Below are positions 1 through 14,107 of a DNA stretch of 64,000 nucleotides, in pieces (the first letter of the stretch is position 1; every line of letters starts with the position of its first letter). This DNA comes from Eledone cirrhosa (lineage: Eukaryota). The notes beneath the pieces were generated by a model. That model was not told the DNA's origin. It worked only from the letters and a program-made list of their open reading frames with translations, and did not search any database. The stretch is from positions 33,356,001-33,420,000 of the forward strand of contig OZ024742.1 of assembly GCA_964016885.1 (NCBI GenBank), read 5' to 3'. The position numbers and the translations under genes were made by a program.

Positions 1-329
1 GAGATTGTTAGATAAATATAAACACTTTAAAATAAACAGTTTTATATCATAGAACTAGGAGCAGTTGTAGGTAGTTTGATATTAAAAAAAGTTTAGGATT
101 TCTCCAAGAGAAAGCTAGTAGAAATTCTTAGTCCAAGAATTTATAGAAACAGATGTATGTAGGGTTTGTGTTTTGATATAGTTTAACCCTCCTGGTACAA
201 ACCCACCTGAAACCACCCTGGGTCTTATGATATAAAATCGATTCCATTATAACCCTTTAGATACCAAGCCACTGGACAGAGCATGGCCAAATGATTAAGA
301 AGTTCAATTCAGCATTCAGTAATCAGAAA

Positions 330-640
330 AAGAGAAGTAGGCATGAAAGCCAAACTCAATATCTTCAATTCAGTTTTCTTGCCAACCCTTACCTATGGTT
401 ATGAATCTTGGGTAATGACCGAAAGAATACGATTGTGAATACAAGCGGCCAAAATGGGATTCCTCCGAAGGGTCTTTGGAGTAATGTTACTCGATAAAGT
501 GCGAAACTCGGAAATCAGAGTCACTTCAGGCAGAAACGTTAATTCTCCGAATTGAGAGATCATAACTCTGAAACTATGGGTATGTGGTTAAAATGTCTGA
601 GGAAAGAATCGCTGGACAGATTTTAAGGGCAGAATCATGA
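330..640 (+). mobile_element. Decayed RTE-clade LINE fragment (Rex3/Expander-like C-terminal region)
   Basis: Translates KAKLNIFNSVFLPTLTYGYESWVMTERIR.*IQAAKMGFLRRVFGV..LDKVRNSEIR with stops and frameshifts; typical RTE post-RT region. Confidence 0.75.
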
Positions 641-934
641 GGTCTTAAGCTTAACTTCATCATGTAGAATGTTAATTTTTTGTTTTATGTAAGGTAATCT
701 AAAATCTTTGTTTTATGTAAGGTAATCTAAAATCTAAAAGTAACTTTACATGTATCATATACACAATGTCTAAATTTTTAATGTAATAATATCTACGTCT
801 TACTATGATGCATAATGAAATTGAAAGTAAATTTATATTTAGTCGTTCATAAAATTTCCCTTATGGATTTCATGGATCACCTTCTAAAAAATATTGTGCA
901 TCATTGTTTTAGAATATAAGTATACAGTGCATTA

Positions 935-1175
935 TTGATACTTTATTTTATTGACCCCGTAAGGATGAAAGGCAAAGTTAACCTCAGCGGGATTTGAACT
1001 CAGAACATAAAAGGGCCTAACTCTATGCTGCAAAGCATGGTGTCTGACTCTCTACTGATACTACTAATCCACCGCCCTTTGATATTTAATAATAACTCAG
1101 ACCGTAAAGGGCCATAACTCTATGCTGCAAAGCATGGTGTCTGATGCTCTGCCAATACTGCCAATCCACTGCCCT
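935..1175 (-). mobile_element. tRNA-headed SINE with Nin/Deu-like core, head partly duplicated
   Basis: Minus strand has box-B GAGTTCAAATCCCGC followed by GTTAACTTTGCCTTTCATCCTTACGGGGTC..TAAAATAAAGTA; same family as 10170, 30490, 35358, 41363, 58070, 59850. Confidence 0.75.
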
Positions 1176-1957
1176 ATCATGATAATGAATAAGACATTGC
1201 ATAGCCAAGAAATATTTTTTTTACAAATGCAATGGTCACAGCCAGAAAGCCTGTAATAATAGGTAATTTGAGGGAGAGGGCAATCTGAGGAGAAACAGTA
1301 TACTTTCCCTAAACCTGACTGCAACATGTGAAACAAACATGTAGTATTGGTTTCATAAATCAAAGCCCTTCCAACCCATCTGTCACAGTAACAGCTTGTA
1401 TTGATGTCATTTGATGTTATGTTATTTGTTAAGTGAAATGTTGCAAATGTGTTTATTGGTGTTATTGTATAGTGTTAGAGTTTCGTCCTGAACAAGCAGA
1501 CCAGTTATCTTTATTGATCTAACACCTCTAAAGAAATAGAGAAAAACAAAAACAAAACATCTTACTTTAATATAAAACTGTAAATAAGCACATGTATACA
1601 CACACATCATGCACAGACATACATGTACACACACACAAACACACATATACACACGCAAACATGCATAATCTCACATAAACACACATACAAATAAATGTAT
1701 AAAAGCACACACACGGGTGCATACAAACATACAAACAAACACACACATGCATACACTCATTTATTTAGACTAGGACTTCTCAAACTACAAATTTTAATCT
1801 TTTCACATATTCATTTCCCAGGAGTCAATAAAAATACCCAACAAAATGAAATAATGATTTATTGTTTTCATACAAAACCTGTTGCTGAAGGAGTTAGATT
1901 ATATAATATATATATTGATTATGTATAATATATATAATATATATACTTATACATTGA

Positions 1958-2098
1958 TTATCATCATCATTTTACGTCCGCTTTTCCTTGCTTGCAAGGG
2001 TGGGACGGGAACTGATTCTGGCTTGATTTTTACAGCTGGATGCCCTTCCTAACACCAACCGCATTTACAGTGAGTGCCGGGTGCTTTTTTTCCGTGGC
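1958..2098 (-). mobile_element. Non-autonomous RTE-derived element (UTR module plus RTE 3' tail)
   Basis: Reverse complement ends CCGTCCCACCCTTGCAAGCAAGGAAAAGCGGACGTAAAA(ATG)n, nearly identical to the RTE-A 3' end at 22581-22631. Confidence 0.75.
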
Positions 2099-2703
2099 TT
2101 CTATACGATTATGTATAATATATATAAATCAATTATATGTAATATATTGTAATATATACATTGATACAAAAAAATAGGATTGCTCACCAGAAGATACAGC
2201 GCAGTGCTGAAGAACTGTGATTTGTTGATCAGTAGACAGACCAGGGATGATCTCACTAGCACCATATTTGGCCAAACTATGCTTTTAAAAGCTGGCCTTG
2301 TCAACTATGAGAAAATACATGTCAGACATATGACAAGATATTCAGTTGCATGTAATTTCATTATCCATACTTAAGTAAGGCTGACCTATAAGTTTAAAGG
2401 TATACAGATCTACAGGGCTGAAAATCCATGTTAGTCAAGTGCACAATAGCATAGCCTCTATTGGCAGTGTATCCCAGTAGAGTAAATGGATGTTAGATGC
2501 TGCAGATGATGATGATGATATATATTCAATTTCTATCTTCCAAATTCATTCACAAAGCATTTGTCAGCCCAAGGCTATGGCAGAAGATATTTGCCCAAGG
2601 TGCCATACAAAAAGATTGAACTCAGAACCACATGCTTTTCATGTGAACTTTTTCACCAAAGAGTCATGCCTACACCAAATATATCAATAAATGAAAACAT
2701 TAA

Positions 2704-2924
2704 CCCTTTAACATTTACATTACTCTATATATACTATTGTATTTTCGTGGTAAAGGCTTTACTTCATGTAATTATCTCACATAACATCAAATCTATGAGA
2801 TTTTGATATTGTTTATTTTGAGAAAAATAACTTAACGTCAATATGAGTAGCCAGTTGCAGCTGGTTTGAACAGAAAGAGGAGAGAAAATTCTGGCCAGAT
2901 ATGGCCGGTTTAAATGCTAAAGGG
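2704..2924. mobile_element. piggyBac-type MITE (~221 bp)
   Basis: TTAA|CCCTTTA.CATTTA ... TAAATGCTAAAGGG|TTAA: terminal inverted repeats with TTAA on both sides; seven copies in the window. Confidence 0.85.
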
Positions 2925-3334
2925 TTAAACTGCAAAGCATAAGCAATGTATTTAGAAATATGATAGATCTTTTGTCAGTTTTGATGATGAGCATTCAGTT
3001 GTTCAATCATCTGAACAATGAATTTAATGTGTAAATGGCTGAGTATTCCACAAACACTCTTAACATAATTCCCAAGCCGAATCAGCATGACAAAATGTGA
3101 TAAGGCTGAACCTTTCAATTAGAGATACAATCCATCAGATGATCTACAGTTTCCATCTACTCAATTTCACTTACAAGGCTTGGGTTGACCCATAGGTATG
3201 ATGACACTTGTCCAAGGTGTCCTGCAGTGGGACCGAACCTAGAACCACATGGCTATAAAGTAAACTTTTTAACCTCACAAATATGTCTGTATGGTGCATA
3301 CCAATAAATGTCAGTTATTTTAATAAACCCCTCT

Positions 3335-3790
3335 AATCATCATCATCATTGTCATCATTTCATGTCTGTTTTTTCATGCTTGTATGGGTTGGACAGGTTC
3401 TCTCCTTTGAGCTTCAGAAATTTGAGATCAGCTGTTGCCATCATTTCCCAGGTCTTCCTTGGTATTCCTCTACTACAGCTTCCTTCCACTGAGATTTCTT
3501 GCTACTTTTTCACCTAACGATCACCATCATCTATATGTATTACATGACCATACCCGTATGCTTGCTTCATTTTTGTCCAGCCCTTGCATATGCTCTGCAT
3601 TCACTGCCCATGTCTCACTACTATGCAACATTGTATGGTGCATGAAAGCATCATACAGCCAGCTTTCATTTGTAGAGAGAAATCTTTTGTTATTAATAGG
3701 GATAGTATCTCCCTCAAATTTTTCCATCATGTTCTTACTGTAGTTCCTATGCATCCACTCCTTATTAGATAACCTAGCAATCAATAGGTC
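3335..3790 (-). mobile_element. Decayed RTE LINE 3' fragment
   Basis: Minus strand LYDAF..MLHSSETWAVNAEHM..L.KNEAS, homologous to the RTE-A/B C-terminus; (ATG)n tail near 3340. Confidence 0.7.
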
Positions 3791-5291
3791 GCATTAATTG
3801 CATGGATTCCCATGACTCTCTGTCGCCATCCAGTTCTATTGTTCATCATATTCAGCAGGTCTGAGGGATTGCAGTTTATGTAGGCTCCCACAAAAGAACT
3901 TTACTCATTATTTTGTCTTTAGCTCCCCAGCAATTAACTGCAAAACATACACACTGTATTTCATTAGAAATATTGTAATGAAGGGTTAATAATGGGTAAA
4001 GCTGCCACAGATTAAGCCTTTCATTACCATATTTCTAATGAAAGACACTGCCTATGATTTTTAAATTGTTTCGAAAATAATTAAGAATTTCAAGTGATTT
4101 AGAAATACAACTAAATTTCTCATCAGTAAGCTGGTGTTTGGGGCATAAAGGTTTATATAACATTTGATGGAAGATTTTTAGATAAATATAAACACTTTAA
4201 AATGAACAGTTTTATATTGAAAAATAAAGAGTGGCTTGGTATCAGAAGTATTAAAAAACACTTCATAGGTAAAACATCATTATGGAACAGCGCGATAACA
4301 CAGTTTTAGAAGAGTTGGGGTGAGGGTCAATTCTAGTAAAGGCTATTAACAGGATTTCCATCTTTGTTCCTCATCTCTTGTTGTTTAACCCTACATCAGC
4401 TCTGATTGACTAGACTTCTGATCAAAGGCATTTCAACTATGTACATCTCTACTGGCTAGTGATGATGTATCTAGGATCACTTACGATGAGGTGGTTATTT
4501 GAGGGAGATTTGGCTGTTATTTCTAGCAGAGTGAACAACCACTTAGAGGCTCTCCTCTTGACTCATTCTCCTCATTTAATTTATATAGGTCATATAAATA
4601 CCGCTTGCAATAATTCAATGAAAGACTGGATTGTGTACGTCTTTGAGTGCATGTTTGTGCATGTCTGAGTGTGTGTTTGTGTTTGTGTAGATGTGTAGTG
4701 AGAGGGGGATATTATCTAGACAGTCTCTAGAGAAGAATAGAACTTTAGCTGTTCTACATAACCATAAATATTATAATGCCAATAGTGGCATTAGTAGCAA
4801 TGGTGATTTTAATAAAAACAATGGTATTAATAATAGTATTAATCAGTATTGGTAAGGTAGCAATATGGTAAAGTTGTTAGAGTGTCAGATAAAATAGCTT
4901 GTGGTATTTGCTATAGTTTCCTGTTATCTGAGTTCAAATCCTGACAAAGACATCTTTGCCTTTTATCCATTTGGGGTTCATAAAATACAGCACTCACCCA
5001 AGGTCTTGAAACAGTAGCATAATTCCCTATTTGTAGCCAAATCTTGCCATCCTGACATACACTAATTCTGAAAAAAAATAAGTCGGGATGGCTATGGCTG
5101 TAATGCTTTCAATTATAGATATGCTCAATTAGGGCTCACTTGGGACTAAATAATCATCAACCAACCCACTCACCAACCAGCCAGCTAATTAGCCAGTCAA
5201 CCAGCCAGCCAGATGGTTAACCAGCCAGCTTACCAGCTAACCAAACAATTAATAAGTTAACGAGCATATGATGAATCTGAAGAAATCTTAA

Positions 5292-5821
5292 CCCTTTAGC
5301 ATTTAAACTGAACATATCCAGCCAGAATTCAAACTGGCCATAACTGACCATTCATACTTCATTATCATCATCACCGGTTTACGTCCATTCTTCCATGCTA
5401 GCATGGGTTAGACGGGTTGTCCTGTTGTGGGCAGTGTCTGGTCGGCTGACCATGCCTTGCTCATACAGGAACTGATTTTGGCTTGATTTCTACAGCTGGA
5501 TGCCCTTCCTAACACCAACCTCATTTACAGTGAGTGCTGGGTGCTTTTTCCATGGCGCCTACACATCCACTTTACTGTGTGGGCTGAGTGCTTTTTTTCC
5601 GTGGCACCTCCACGACCACCTTGCAGTGGGAGGGTGTGGGGGCATATTGTCTATATGCTTCAGCTTGTACCCATGGGAGGTCAGGTACTTATGTTACTTA
5701 CATTAAGGTATTGTTCTCAAAATAAGTAACATCAAAATCTCATAGATTCAATATTATGTGAGATAAAGCCTTTGCCACAAAAATACATTAGTATATATAG
5801 AGTATTGTAAATGCTAAAGGG
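5292..5821. mobile_element. piggyBac-type MITE interrupted by an RTE-derived non-autonomous element (~5358-5690)
   Basis: TTAA-CCCTTTAGCATTTAAAC at 5288 and ATGCTAAAGGG-TTAA at 5825; internal insert carries a (CAT)n tail and the GATGCCCTTCCTAACACCAACC module. Confidence 0.75.
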
Positions 5822-8800
5822 TTAATGTAAAATGTTTGCAAAACTTTCCAGTCATGACCATCTCCATTTGTGCACAGACAATGAATGACACTGCCAATGA
5901 TTTTCAAATAATGAAGAATTTGGAGAGATTTAATAATACAAATTTTATCATTGTTAAGCTGGCATTTAGAACATAACAAAGGTTCTTATATATACTTTTA
6001 AACAGTTTTGTATCATAGAAACAAACACATTCAATTTATGCATATTTAATTGGAATGTAACTCTCATAGGATTATAATCCTGAAACATTCAAGTGTTTGT
6101 ACGTGAAATATACTTGCAATTGACTGAATCACACTCCTTCAAAATCTGTGGATTTCTGCTTATCAAAAAGAGCAATATTTCATTATCAACTATCAAGCAG
6201 GCCAAGAAAGTTCTGTTTAAGTCCTAACATGTCAGGGGTGCTAAATAAAATTTGTACCAAATGATTTACTATTTTGAACTTCAGAATGAATGAAGCATAG
6301 AGGAGCTGGGGGTGGTTACTAATAGGTACTCATTACTAACATAGCAATATACTATATAACAAGATTTGTACTACTGTATACTATGACAAATTGTGTAGTA
6401 CTTTACACCCATCATCATCATCATTTAACATCCATTTTTCTTGCTGGTAAGAGTTGAATGGGTCAAGTTCAATTTTTCTATATGGCACTTGGGCAAGTAT
6501 CTTCTACTATAGCCTCGGGTTAACCAATTCTTTGTGAATGAATTTGGAAGATAGAAATTGAATAGATATCACCAGCAGCATGCAATGTCTATTTTCTCTG
6601 CTAGCAAGAGTTGGACAGGTCATTACAGACCATCAGTACTGAAGCAAAGCTACAGCCCTCTCAGATGGGATGGGAGCCTGCATCTCATTTATATATGCTC
6701 CTCCACTCTACCAAGTACTCATATGGGCCAGGGGCCTCACATCTCGTTTACATACATTTCTATGCTCTACAGAATGCATTTTATCATGGCACCAGCACTA
6801 GGGAGACTGGAATGACTTTGAAACAGCTAAAGCGTTCTGACCTTTTCTTTGGCAGGTTTTCTACAGCTGGATGTCCTTCCTATCACTAACCACTTTACAA
6901 AGTGTACAGGGAGCATTTGTCATGTAGATCACCAACACTAGGGAGTTTGTGATATCTTTAACATAATAGAAGAGACCTGCCAACTCTTTGATGGCAAGTT
7001 TTCTTATGTTGGATGCCTTTCTTGTCACTAACAACTTTACAATAGGACAAAAATATTTTCTTTTTATCATTTAGTTGAGAGAAAGATCAGTATGCATTAC
7101 TCTTTCCAAGGGCCTCCAAGATTGGTGTATGGAAAGAAGGGAGTCAAGTATTCATAATTTGGAGTCCTGGCCTGGATCCTTGTAACAAACTGGAATCCAC
7201 TAAACACACATAAGGGTCAAGTGATAGTAATAAAACTGGGTGACCAATTAAATCTACTATTCATATAGGATACAGTGGAATTTGAACCAAGAATTCAAAC
7301 AGCTAAAACAAATACCACAAGCTGTGCAGGATTTTCCAGTGTGCTTAGGTGTGCTTAAGTACAGGGCCCTGTTGGCCAGGATGCGGTCCATCTTCCTGCC
7401 CAAAAAATTTGTTACAATGAATTTTTCAAATGTAAGAACCCTCATAACTTAACTAGCACAGGGCCTCAATTGTCCTAAATTCAGCACTGACCACAAGGCA
7501 TCTTATCCAATGCTCTAACAACTCCACCAGTTCAATGCCCTAAACTGGTACTTTATTTATCAACCTTAGAAAATGAAAGCAAAGTTAGAACACAAGGAGT
7601 TGGAATAAATACAACAACACTGTAACTCTTAATATCTTGTAATGATTTAACACAAAATATCTAAAAATGGATTTGTTATTTCAAATGTTTAAAGTATCTT
7701 TAAGAGTAGACAGATGATTTTGAACAATATTTGCAGTAATCTAAAGTAAAGACTTTAATTTATAGTGATGCAGTCGTAGAGCTGTTTTGTACTTATCACG
7801 AATATCTTGCTAATGTGGTTTGATGTGTAACAGGACATTAAGAATGAATACTTCTGTCAATTCACTGCAGTATATGATATGTGGCAAAGAATGTAGACTA
7901 TACATTGTGATAACATATGTAGTACTATAATGTGTAGTGGTATAAGAGACAGAGTGAGGAGATGGTACTTCTGTAGGCCAGAGTGTGTTGATGAATGAGT
8001 CCATGCCAATCAAATAGTCTTCAGATTCTAAATTTTGGGAAGGCTTTTTTTCTGTAAAGTGATTGGTGATGGGAAGGACATCCAGCCATAGAAAACTTGC
8101 CAAAGAGTTGGGAGGATTCTTTAGTTGTATTGAAGACATGGCACTCTCCCTAGCATTGGTAATCTACATCATAAAGGCATCCAGTACATTTCATAAAGTG
8201 GTTGGTGGTAGGAAAGGCATCCAACTGTAGTAAACCTGCCAAAGAAAGGGTCAGGAGGGCTCTCTAGCTCTGTCAAAGATATGACAAACCCCTAATTCTG
8301 TTGCCACAATAAAATGCACTCAGTGGAAAATGGGAGCATATGAAAAGGAGATGCAAGCCTCGGGCCTAGATGAACACTCAGTAAAGTGCAGGAATGTAAG
8401 CAAGATGTAGCCCCCCCCCCCCCCCAGCCCATCTGAGTGGTCAGTAACTCCACTTGAGTATGGATTCAGTTTTTGGCAACACATCCAACCTCTACAAGAG
8501 GGAAAAATTGACATTAAATGATGATGAAGATGATGATGTAATCTATTAACTATGAATCACCAAATTAGAAACCTCGAGCTTGGTCTTGTTCTGTCAGCAC
8601 TAGCTCCAATATACAAAAAGAAGTATTAATAATAAATGTTATAATTTCTTAATAATCTATAATTATACAAGAAAAGGGGAGATTGCAATGATTTGTTAAA
8701 CACATTGGTTGCTAGAAAAATGGAATTAGTGAGGTGTGGTCCTTCCTCCCATCTAGGAATGCAGTAAAATCAAATAAGAACTGCCTTGGATTATGATAAC

Positions 8801-10169
8801 CCACTTAGTATGTGCAAGCTTAGAAAGCAGAATAAAATAATGATAATATAGCTTTTAGTTATATAATCTGTGCAATAGTAAGTTTAAAACTTTACAGATA
8901 TAGCCTACCATATTAACATGATGCTATTTTGTAAAGACATTAATTTATGATATTATTTAATGAAACATAGAGTCCACCTATTTCTATTAATTTTGAAAAT
9001 AATAACGAATTAGGTTGCATTTAGAAAAATAACTTTTACATGCATTCCTATATTAAGTTGGTAGCTGGAATATAAGTTAAGCTTCTTCATCATCATCACC
9101 ACTTAACATCTATTTTCCATGCTTGCATTTGTTAGAAAGGCTGTAACGTTATGTAGCTAGACAGGTCAACAGACCACTTCTTGCATAAAATTATGTTGGA
9201 ATGTTTTAATTTAGATATGAATCCTTTAACACAAGCTGTTTTGTATTGGAAAACTAGAGGCGGTCGCAGAAAGTTTGATACTGAAAAAGTAAAAAAAAAA
9301 AAGAGAAATACAAAGAGAAGAGTTAAACTAAAAGATTGCACAAGATAGAAGGGGAGTTAATCAAACTAAAAGAACAAAGAAAGCCACATAGCTACATTAT
9401 ACAATCCAACTTCACTATAAACATTGATTATGTCCCTTAAGTATTTAACACCATCAACCCTTCTTACTCTTTTTCGCTAAGACATTATGGCAGTGTTTTT
9501 ACAATTATTTTAATAACATTTTTTTCTTTTTTCAACCCTTTTGTGACTCTATTTCTAATCATTTACTCTCTTTTTCAATTAATCAATTAAGAATGTTGAA
9601 GGATTTACTAAAATTATTAATTATTTCGTTACTAAGACATATGGTTATTATATAAAACTAGTGGGCCCATGCTGTTAATATTGATGGCAATAGTGTTGAA
9701 CAAATATGATATTTAGAGTTGAGGATTGATATGTCATATATACCAGGATTACCAGATATATGAACAATCATAAAAACTGAGGAATTTGCGTTTTGATAAA
9801 TTAATGTTTTGCATAAGAGAAACCCTATAATTTATGTTGATTACTGACATGTAGAAGTGATTAAAGATAAGAATTATATCTGAATAATCTGTTTCTAGGA
9901 TATAATTACATATATGTTCAACATGTGTGTATAAATAATATACAGGATTAAATATATGAGTAATTTTAGAGAAATAACTATTTACAGGAACAAATGTAAG
10001 GTTAGAAACCAGGACCTTGTGACTGAAAAGCGAACTTCTTATTGCAGCATCATCAGTAATATAGGAAAAGTATTGTGTGTAAATTTTAAAGTGTTACAGA
10101 CAGAAATATATATAAATAAATATACAAACACACATAGCATAATATGGTTGATTATAATAATACAAATAA

Positions 10170-10361
10170 TAATTGTTTCTACTTTAGGCACAAGGCCAGC
10201 AATTATCCAGTGCATTACTGGTACTTTTATTTTATCGACCCCGTAAGGATGAAAGGCAAAGTCAACCTCGGCGGGATTTTAACTCATTTCGTAAAGGGAC
10301 GTAACTATGCTGCAAAGCATGGCGTCCGACCCTCTATCGATACTGCCAATCCACCGCCCTA
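10170..10361 (-). mobile_element. tRNA-headed Nin/Deu-like SINE, full length
   Basis: Head GGGCGGTGGATTGGCAGTATCG, box-B-like GAGTTAAAATCCCGCC, core GCCTTTCATCCTTACGGGGTCGATAAAAT, (ATT)n tail. Confidence 0.8.
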
Positions 10362-10854
10362 ATAATAATAATAATAATGAAACTATTGTGAACAGTGTTC
10401 AGGAGCACCACAACTCTGGAAGGTTTTAATTTAAAATAGGAACCTTTCCAAATGGGTGGCCTTGTTTCATAGAACCAGATCCGATTTTGGGCAGGTTGGT
10501 ATCAAACATATTGTGGTTTGTGACACACCTACTTAATTTCATCTGAGAAGTCTTATCAATGGGATGCCATAGTTGTTAGGTTAAGGAGCTGAGTTCAAAC
10601 TTTACTACTAGTCATTGTGTTGTGATGTTTAACTTGAGGTAAAGCACATAGCTAAGTCTATGACAAGCTGTCTGACTGATAAACAGGTACCACCACTAAC
10701 ACTTGGTTAAGTAGTTAGCAATAGATAGGCCAGATTGGTCATATAGTCGTAAAAACAATTCAATATCCAAGTGTTCAAATTTACAAAACATCCCGTATAT
10801 GTGGGGAGGGGGGTTGAACACTTGAATTTTGAATTGCTTTTACAATTACCTCCA

Positions 10855-11108
10855 AATTGAGAGGTCACAGCTCCGATACTAAGGGCATGTGGTTAGAATG
10901 TCTCAGGAAAGAATCGCTGGACAGGTTTTACGGGCAAAACCAACCGGCAAGAAATGCAGGAGTAGACCCTGAGCAAGATGGTTGGTCACGCTTGAGAATC
11001 CAACCAGATCAGTTGGAGACGGTTGCTTCTGACAGGAGCCCCTGGCTAGAAGGAGTGTTTGAGGACCCTACCCCCACGACCCTCTCAAGAAGAAGAAGAA
11101 GAAGAAGA
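10855..11108 (+). mobile_element. RTE (Rex3-like family) 3' end with (AAG)n tail
   Basis: Overlaps the 330-640 family (GAAAGAATCGCTGGACAG) and ends CCCTCTC(AAG)n; similar ends at 14645-14760 and 57615-57808. Confidence 0.65.
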
Positions 11109-12821
11109 CATCCCATATAGATGTTTATCCTTTAACATAAATTATATAAAAATGAGTTTGTTAATTCAAATGGTTATAGTATCATTACTAGAGAACAGAT
11201 TGTTGTAAAAATCTAGAATATTAGAGTTAAGAGTTTAATTTTTAATGTGATGCAATCATAATACTGTTTTGTACTTCTCTAGAATGTTTTGTTAATGTGG
11301 TTTCACAGGATGTTAAGAGTTTGGTCATCATCATTTTACACCAATTTTCCTTGTTAGCAAGGATTGGACAGGTTATCACAAACAGGGCTACAGGCTTCTC
11401 AGATGGGCTGGGAGCTAGCATCTTACTTACATATGTTATTGTACTCTACCGAGTGTTTAGACAGGCCAAGGGCCCATATCTCGCTTACACACATTCCTAC
11501 GTCTACTGAGTGCATTTTATCAAGGGCACCAGCATATGGGAGGTTGTCATGTCTTTGACACAGCCGAACAGTGCTCCCAACCCTTTGTTTGGTAAATTTT
11601 CTATGCCCATCCTATCACCAAACACTTTACAGAAAATACTTGATTTATTTATCATATAGATCACCAACATTAAGGAAGTTATTATGTCCTTGACACAACT
11701 GAAGAATCCATTGAATAAATACTATTGCCATTTATGCATGCCCTGTTTCTATAATTTATATTTTATTCATACCAGACTTACAAATCCTAAATCTTAATAC
11801 TGTGTGCATTTAGTTTATAATAGGTACACCATTCCCTTGCATATCATAAGAAGCAACTAAAAGAGTTGGTGCCAGGAGATACATCAAGCTGTAAATCAAC
11901 GGGAAAAAGGATCTCCATAAGGCCCGACAAGGGGTCTACAAGGCAAACCCCTGTTTTAACAGGGAGAATAGCTATAAAAGGTGTGCTGCTATTGTGTGTT
12001 GTTAGTATACAATATTTACAAGTCTTTTAGTATTTATATAAAATACATATAACTGTATACACACTACATCACTGAGAAAACAAATGATTTTGTTTCATTT
12101 TTCAAAGTTTCCCCTATTTTAGAGCTTTCACGAAAATAGTCTTCATATTATGAATATAATTATTTTAGTTCTATTTTTTTTAAACCTTTCATGACTTTAA
12201 TTCTAATGAAATACAGTTTATTTCAATCATTTCATGAAGAATTTTGAATGATTTACTAAAATGATTAACTAGTGAGTTGCTAAGATAATAAATTAACATA
12301 TGGTTCTTATGTAAAATTATATTAAATTTTAATTTAAATAGGAACCCTTTAAAATGGGTGCTATGGTTTCAGAGAGAGAGACTGTTTTGGCTTGACTGAT
12401 ATCAGACTATAAACAATGTTAATTTCAGATTGACATATTGTTTTGTAAATATTCTTTCAAATTAGCTTTTATAGATATAATTACAAGTCAAAAGTTACTA
12501 ACTATAAAACTGTTTTTTACTGGACAATATATTACTAATCTTCCATGGCAGTTAAATATACAAACCTAGGAAATATAATTTTATAAACAATGTACAGCCA
12601 TGAGTTAGATGACTAATTGGCAGAACTGTTAGAATGTAGGATAGGATGCTTTGTGGGATTTGGTTGACTTTGCCTTTCCTCCATTTGAGATCAATAAAAA
12701 AAAAGTACCAGTCTAATATTGGGGTCAATTCTTTCTCTATATCTCTTTCTTACTTCTTCTCTCACTGGAAGAAATCAGCTGTACTTAGACTTGGGGAGGG
12801 GATGAGCTCTGCCATGTTTAA

Positions 12822-13021
12822 CCCTATATTTACTATTGTATTTTTGTGGTAAAGGCTTTACCTCAAATAATTATCTCATAATATCAAATCTATGAGATTT
12901 TGATATTATTTATTTTGAGAACAATACCTTAACATAGGTATGAGCAGCTGGTTATGGCTGATTTGAAAAGAAGGAGGTGAGAGAATTCTGGCCAGATACA
13001 GTCGGTTTAAATGCTAAAGGA
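12822..13021. mobile_element. piggyBac-type MITE copy
   Basis: Same internal sequence as 2704-2924; TTAA at both ends. Confidence 0.8.
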
Positions 13022-13380
13022 TTAAGGATACATTCTTCCCCACATTTTCCCCAGTCTAATAGGCCCTTGAATAGGTCATGGGTTTTGCCCTTCTTGATTA
13101 AGTAATAAAATAAAAAAAGCTTGTGGTGTTAAACATAATACACTCACACACAAACATATACCTAAAACATAATGTATGTTGAGCTCTCAGCCATTATCTC
13201 CCTTGGCTCAAACATCTTTTCTGTTGAGAAACATCATTCAGCTCATTTACTTCCATCAGCAATTACCTTTCATCTTTTCTAGGTTGATGAATAAAGCAAT
13301 AGTCCAATTGGCAGAATTAATAAATTATTGGATTATAATGTCTGTACATTCTAAGTTTAAATCCCACCTCCTGCCTGGAA

Positions 13381-13527
13381 AAATGGTCACAAAATGGGAC
13401 TGGGACCCATATCATTAAAACACCCATGAGATTTAGAGATTAAAACCTCCTATGAGATTTAGCTAAATCTCATAGGAGGTTTCTTGGGTGTTTTAATATG
13501 GGTCCCAGTCCCATTTTGTGACCATTT
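13381..13527. repeat. ~147-bp foldback palindrome
   Basis: AAATGGTCACAAAATGGGACTGGGACCCATAT ... ATATGGGTCCCAGTCCCATTTTGTGACCATTT; perfect spacerless core AAACCTCCTATGAGATTTAG|CTAAATCTCATAGGAGGTTT. Confidence 0.9.
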
Positions 13528-13614
13528 ATTTACTTTACTTGCAATTATTTCTTCTTAATTTCTGTTTCCAATTATGTAAGCGGAAACAGAGCAATGGAAA
13601 ATATACGTATTGTA

Positions 13615-13780
13615 AAACCATAGGTCTGAAACCTTGCATACAAATCCTAAACCTAAACCATAGGTCTGAAACCTTGCATACAAATCCTAAACCTAAACCA
13701 TAGGTCCGAAACCTAGGATACAAATCCTAAACCTATACCATAGATCCGAAACCTAGCATACAAATCCTAAACTTAAACCT
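13615..13780. repeat. 40-bp tandem repeat, about 4 copies
   Basis: Unit CCATAGGTCTGAAACCTTGCATACAAATCCTAAACCTAAA. Confidence 0.9.
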
Positions 13781-14107
13781 GAAAAGATTCTAACTTTAAA
13801 AACTGACAATGATATATTTTCACCTGACTATTTAATGTTCATATATATATTTTTTAGGTGCCCTGTTGTCACTGAAGGACATATTTCAAAGTTGACAGGA
13901 GAGTGATCTTGTCACTGGATCATTAGATTATATTACCAAAATCATACAAAGAAGGATTATTTTTTTTTTGTTTACAAACGATCTAAATCAAAACATGCCA
14001 AGGCTTGCTTTATATATAATGCCGGGTGACCTAAAAAAAACGCTTGAAAACGACTTCCAAAAAATTAAAATCAAAATCAAAATTTTATCCACTGAAAGTT
14101 CCTTAAA

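Noticed and set aside
13628-13780. Telomeric repeat
   Set aside because: CCTAAA occurs only inside a 40-bp unit; not a (TTAGGG)n array
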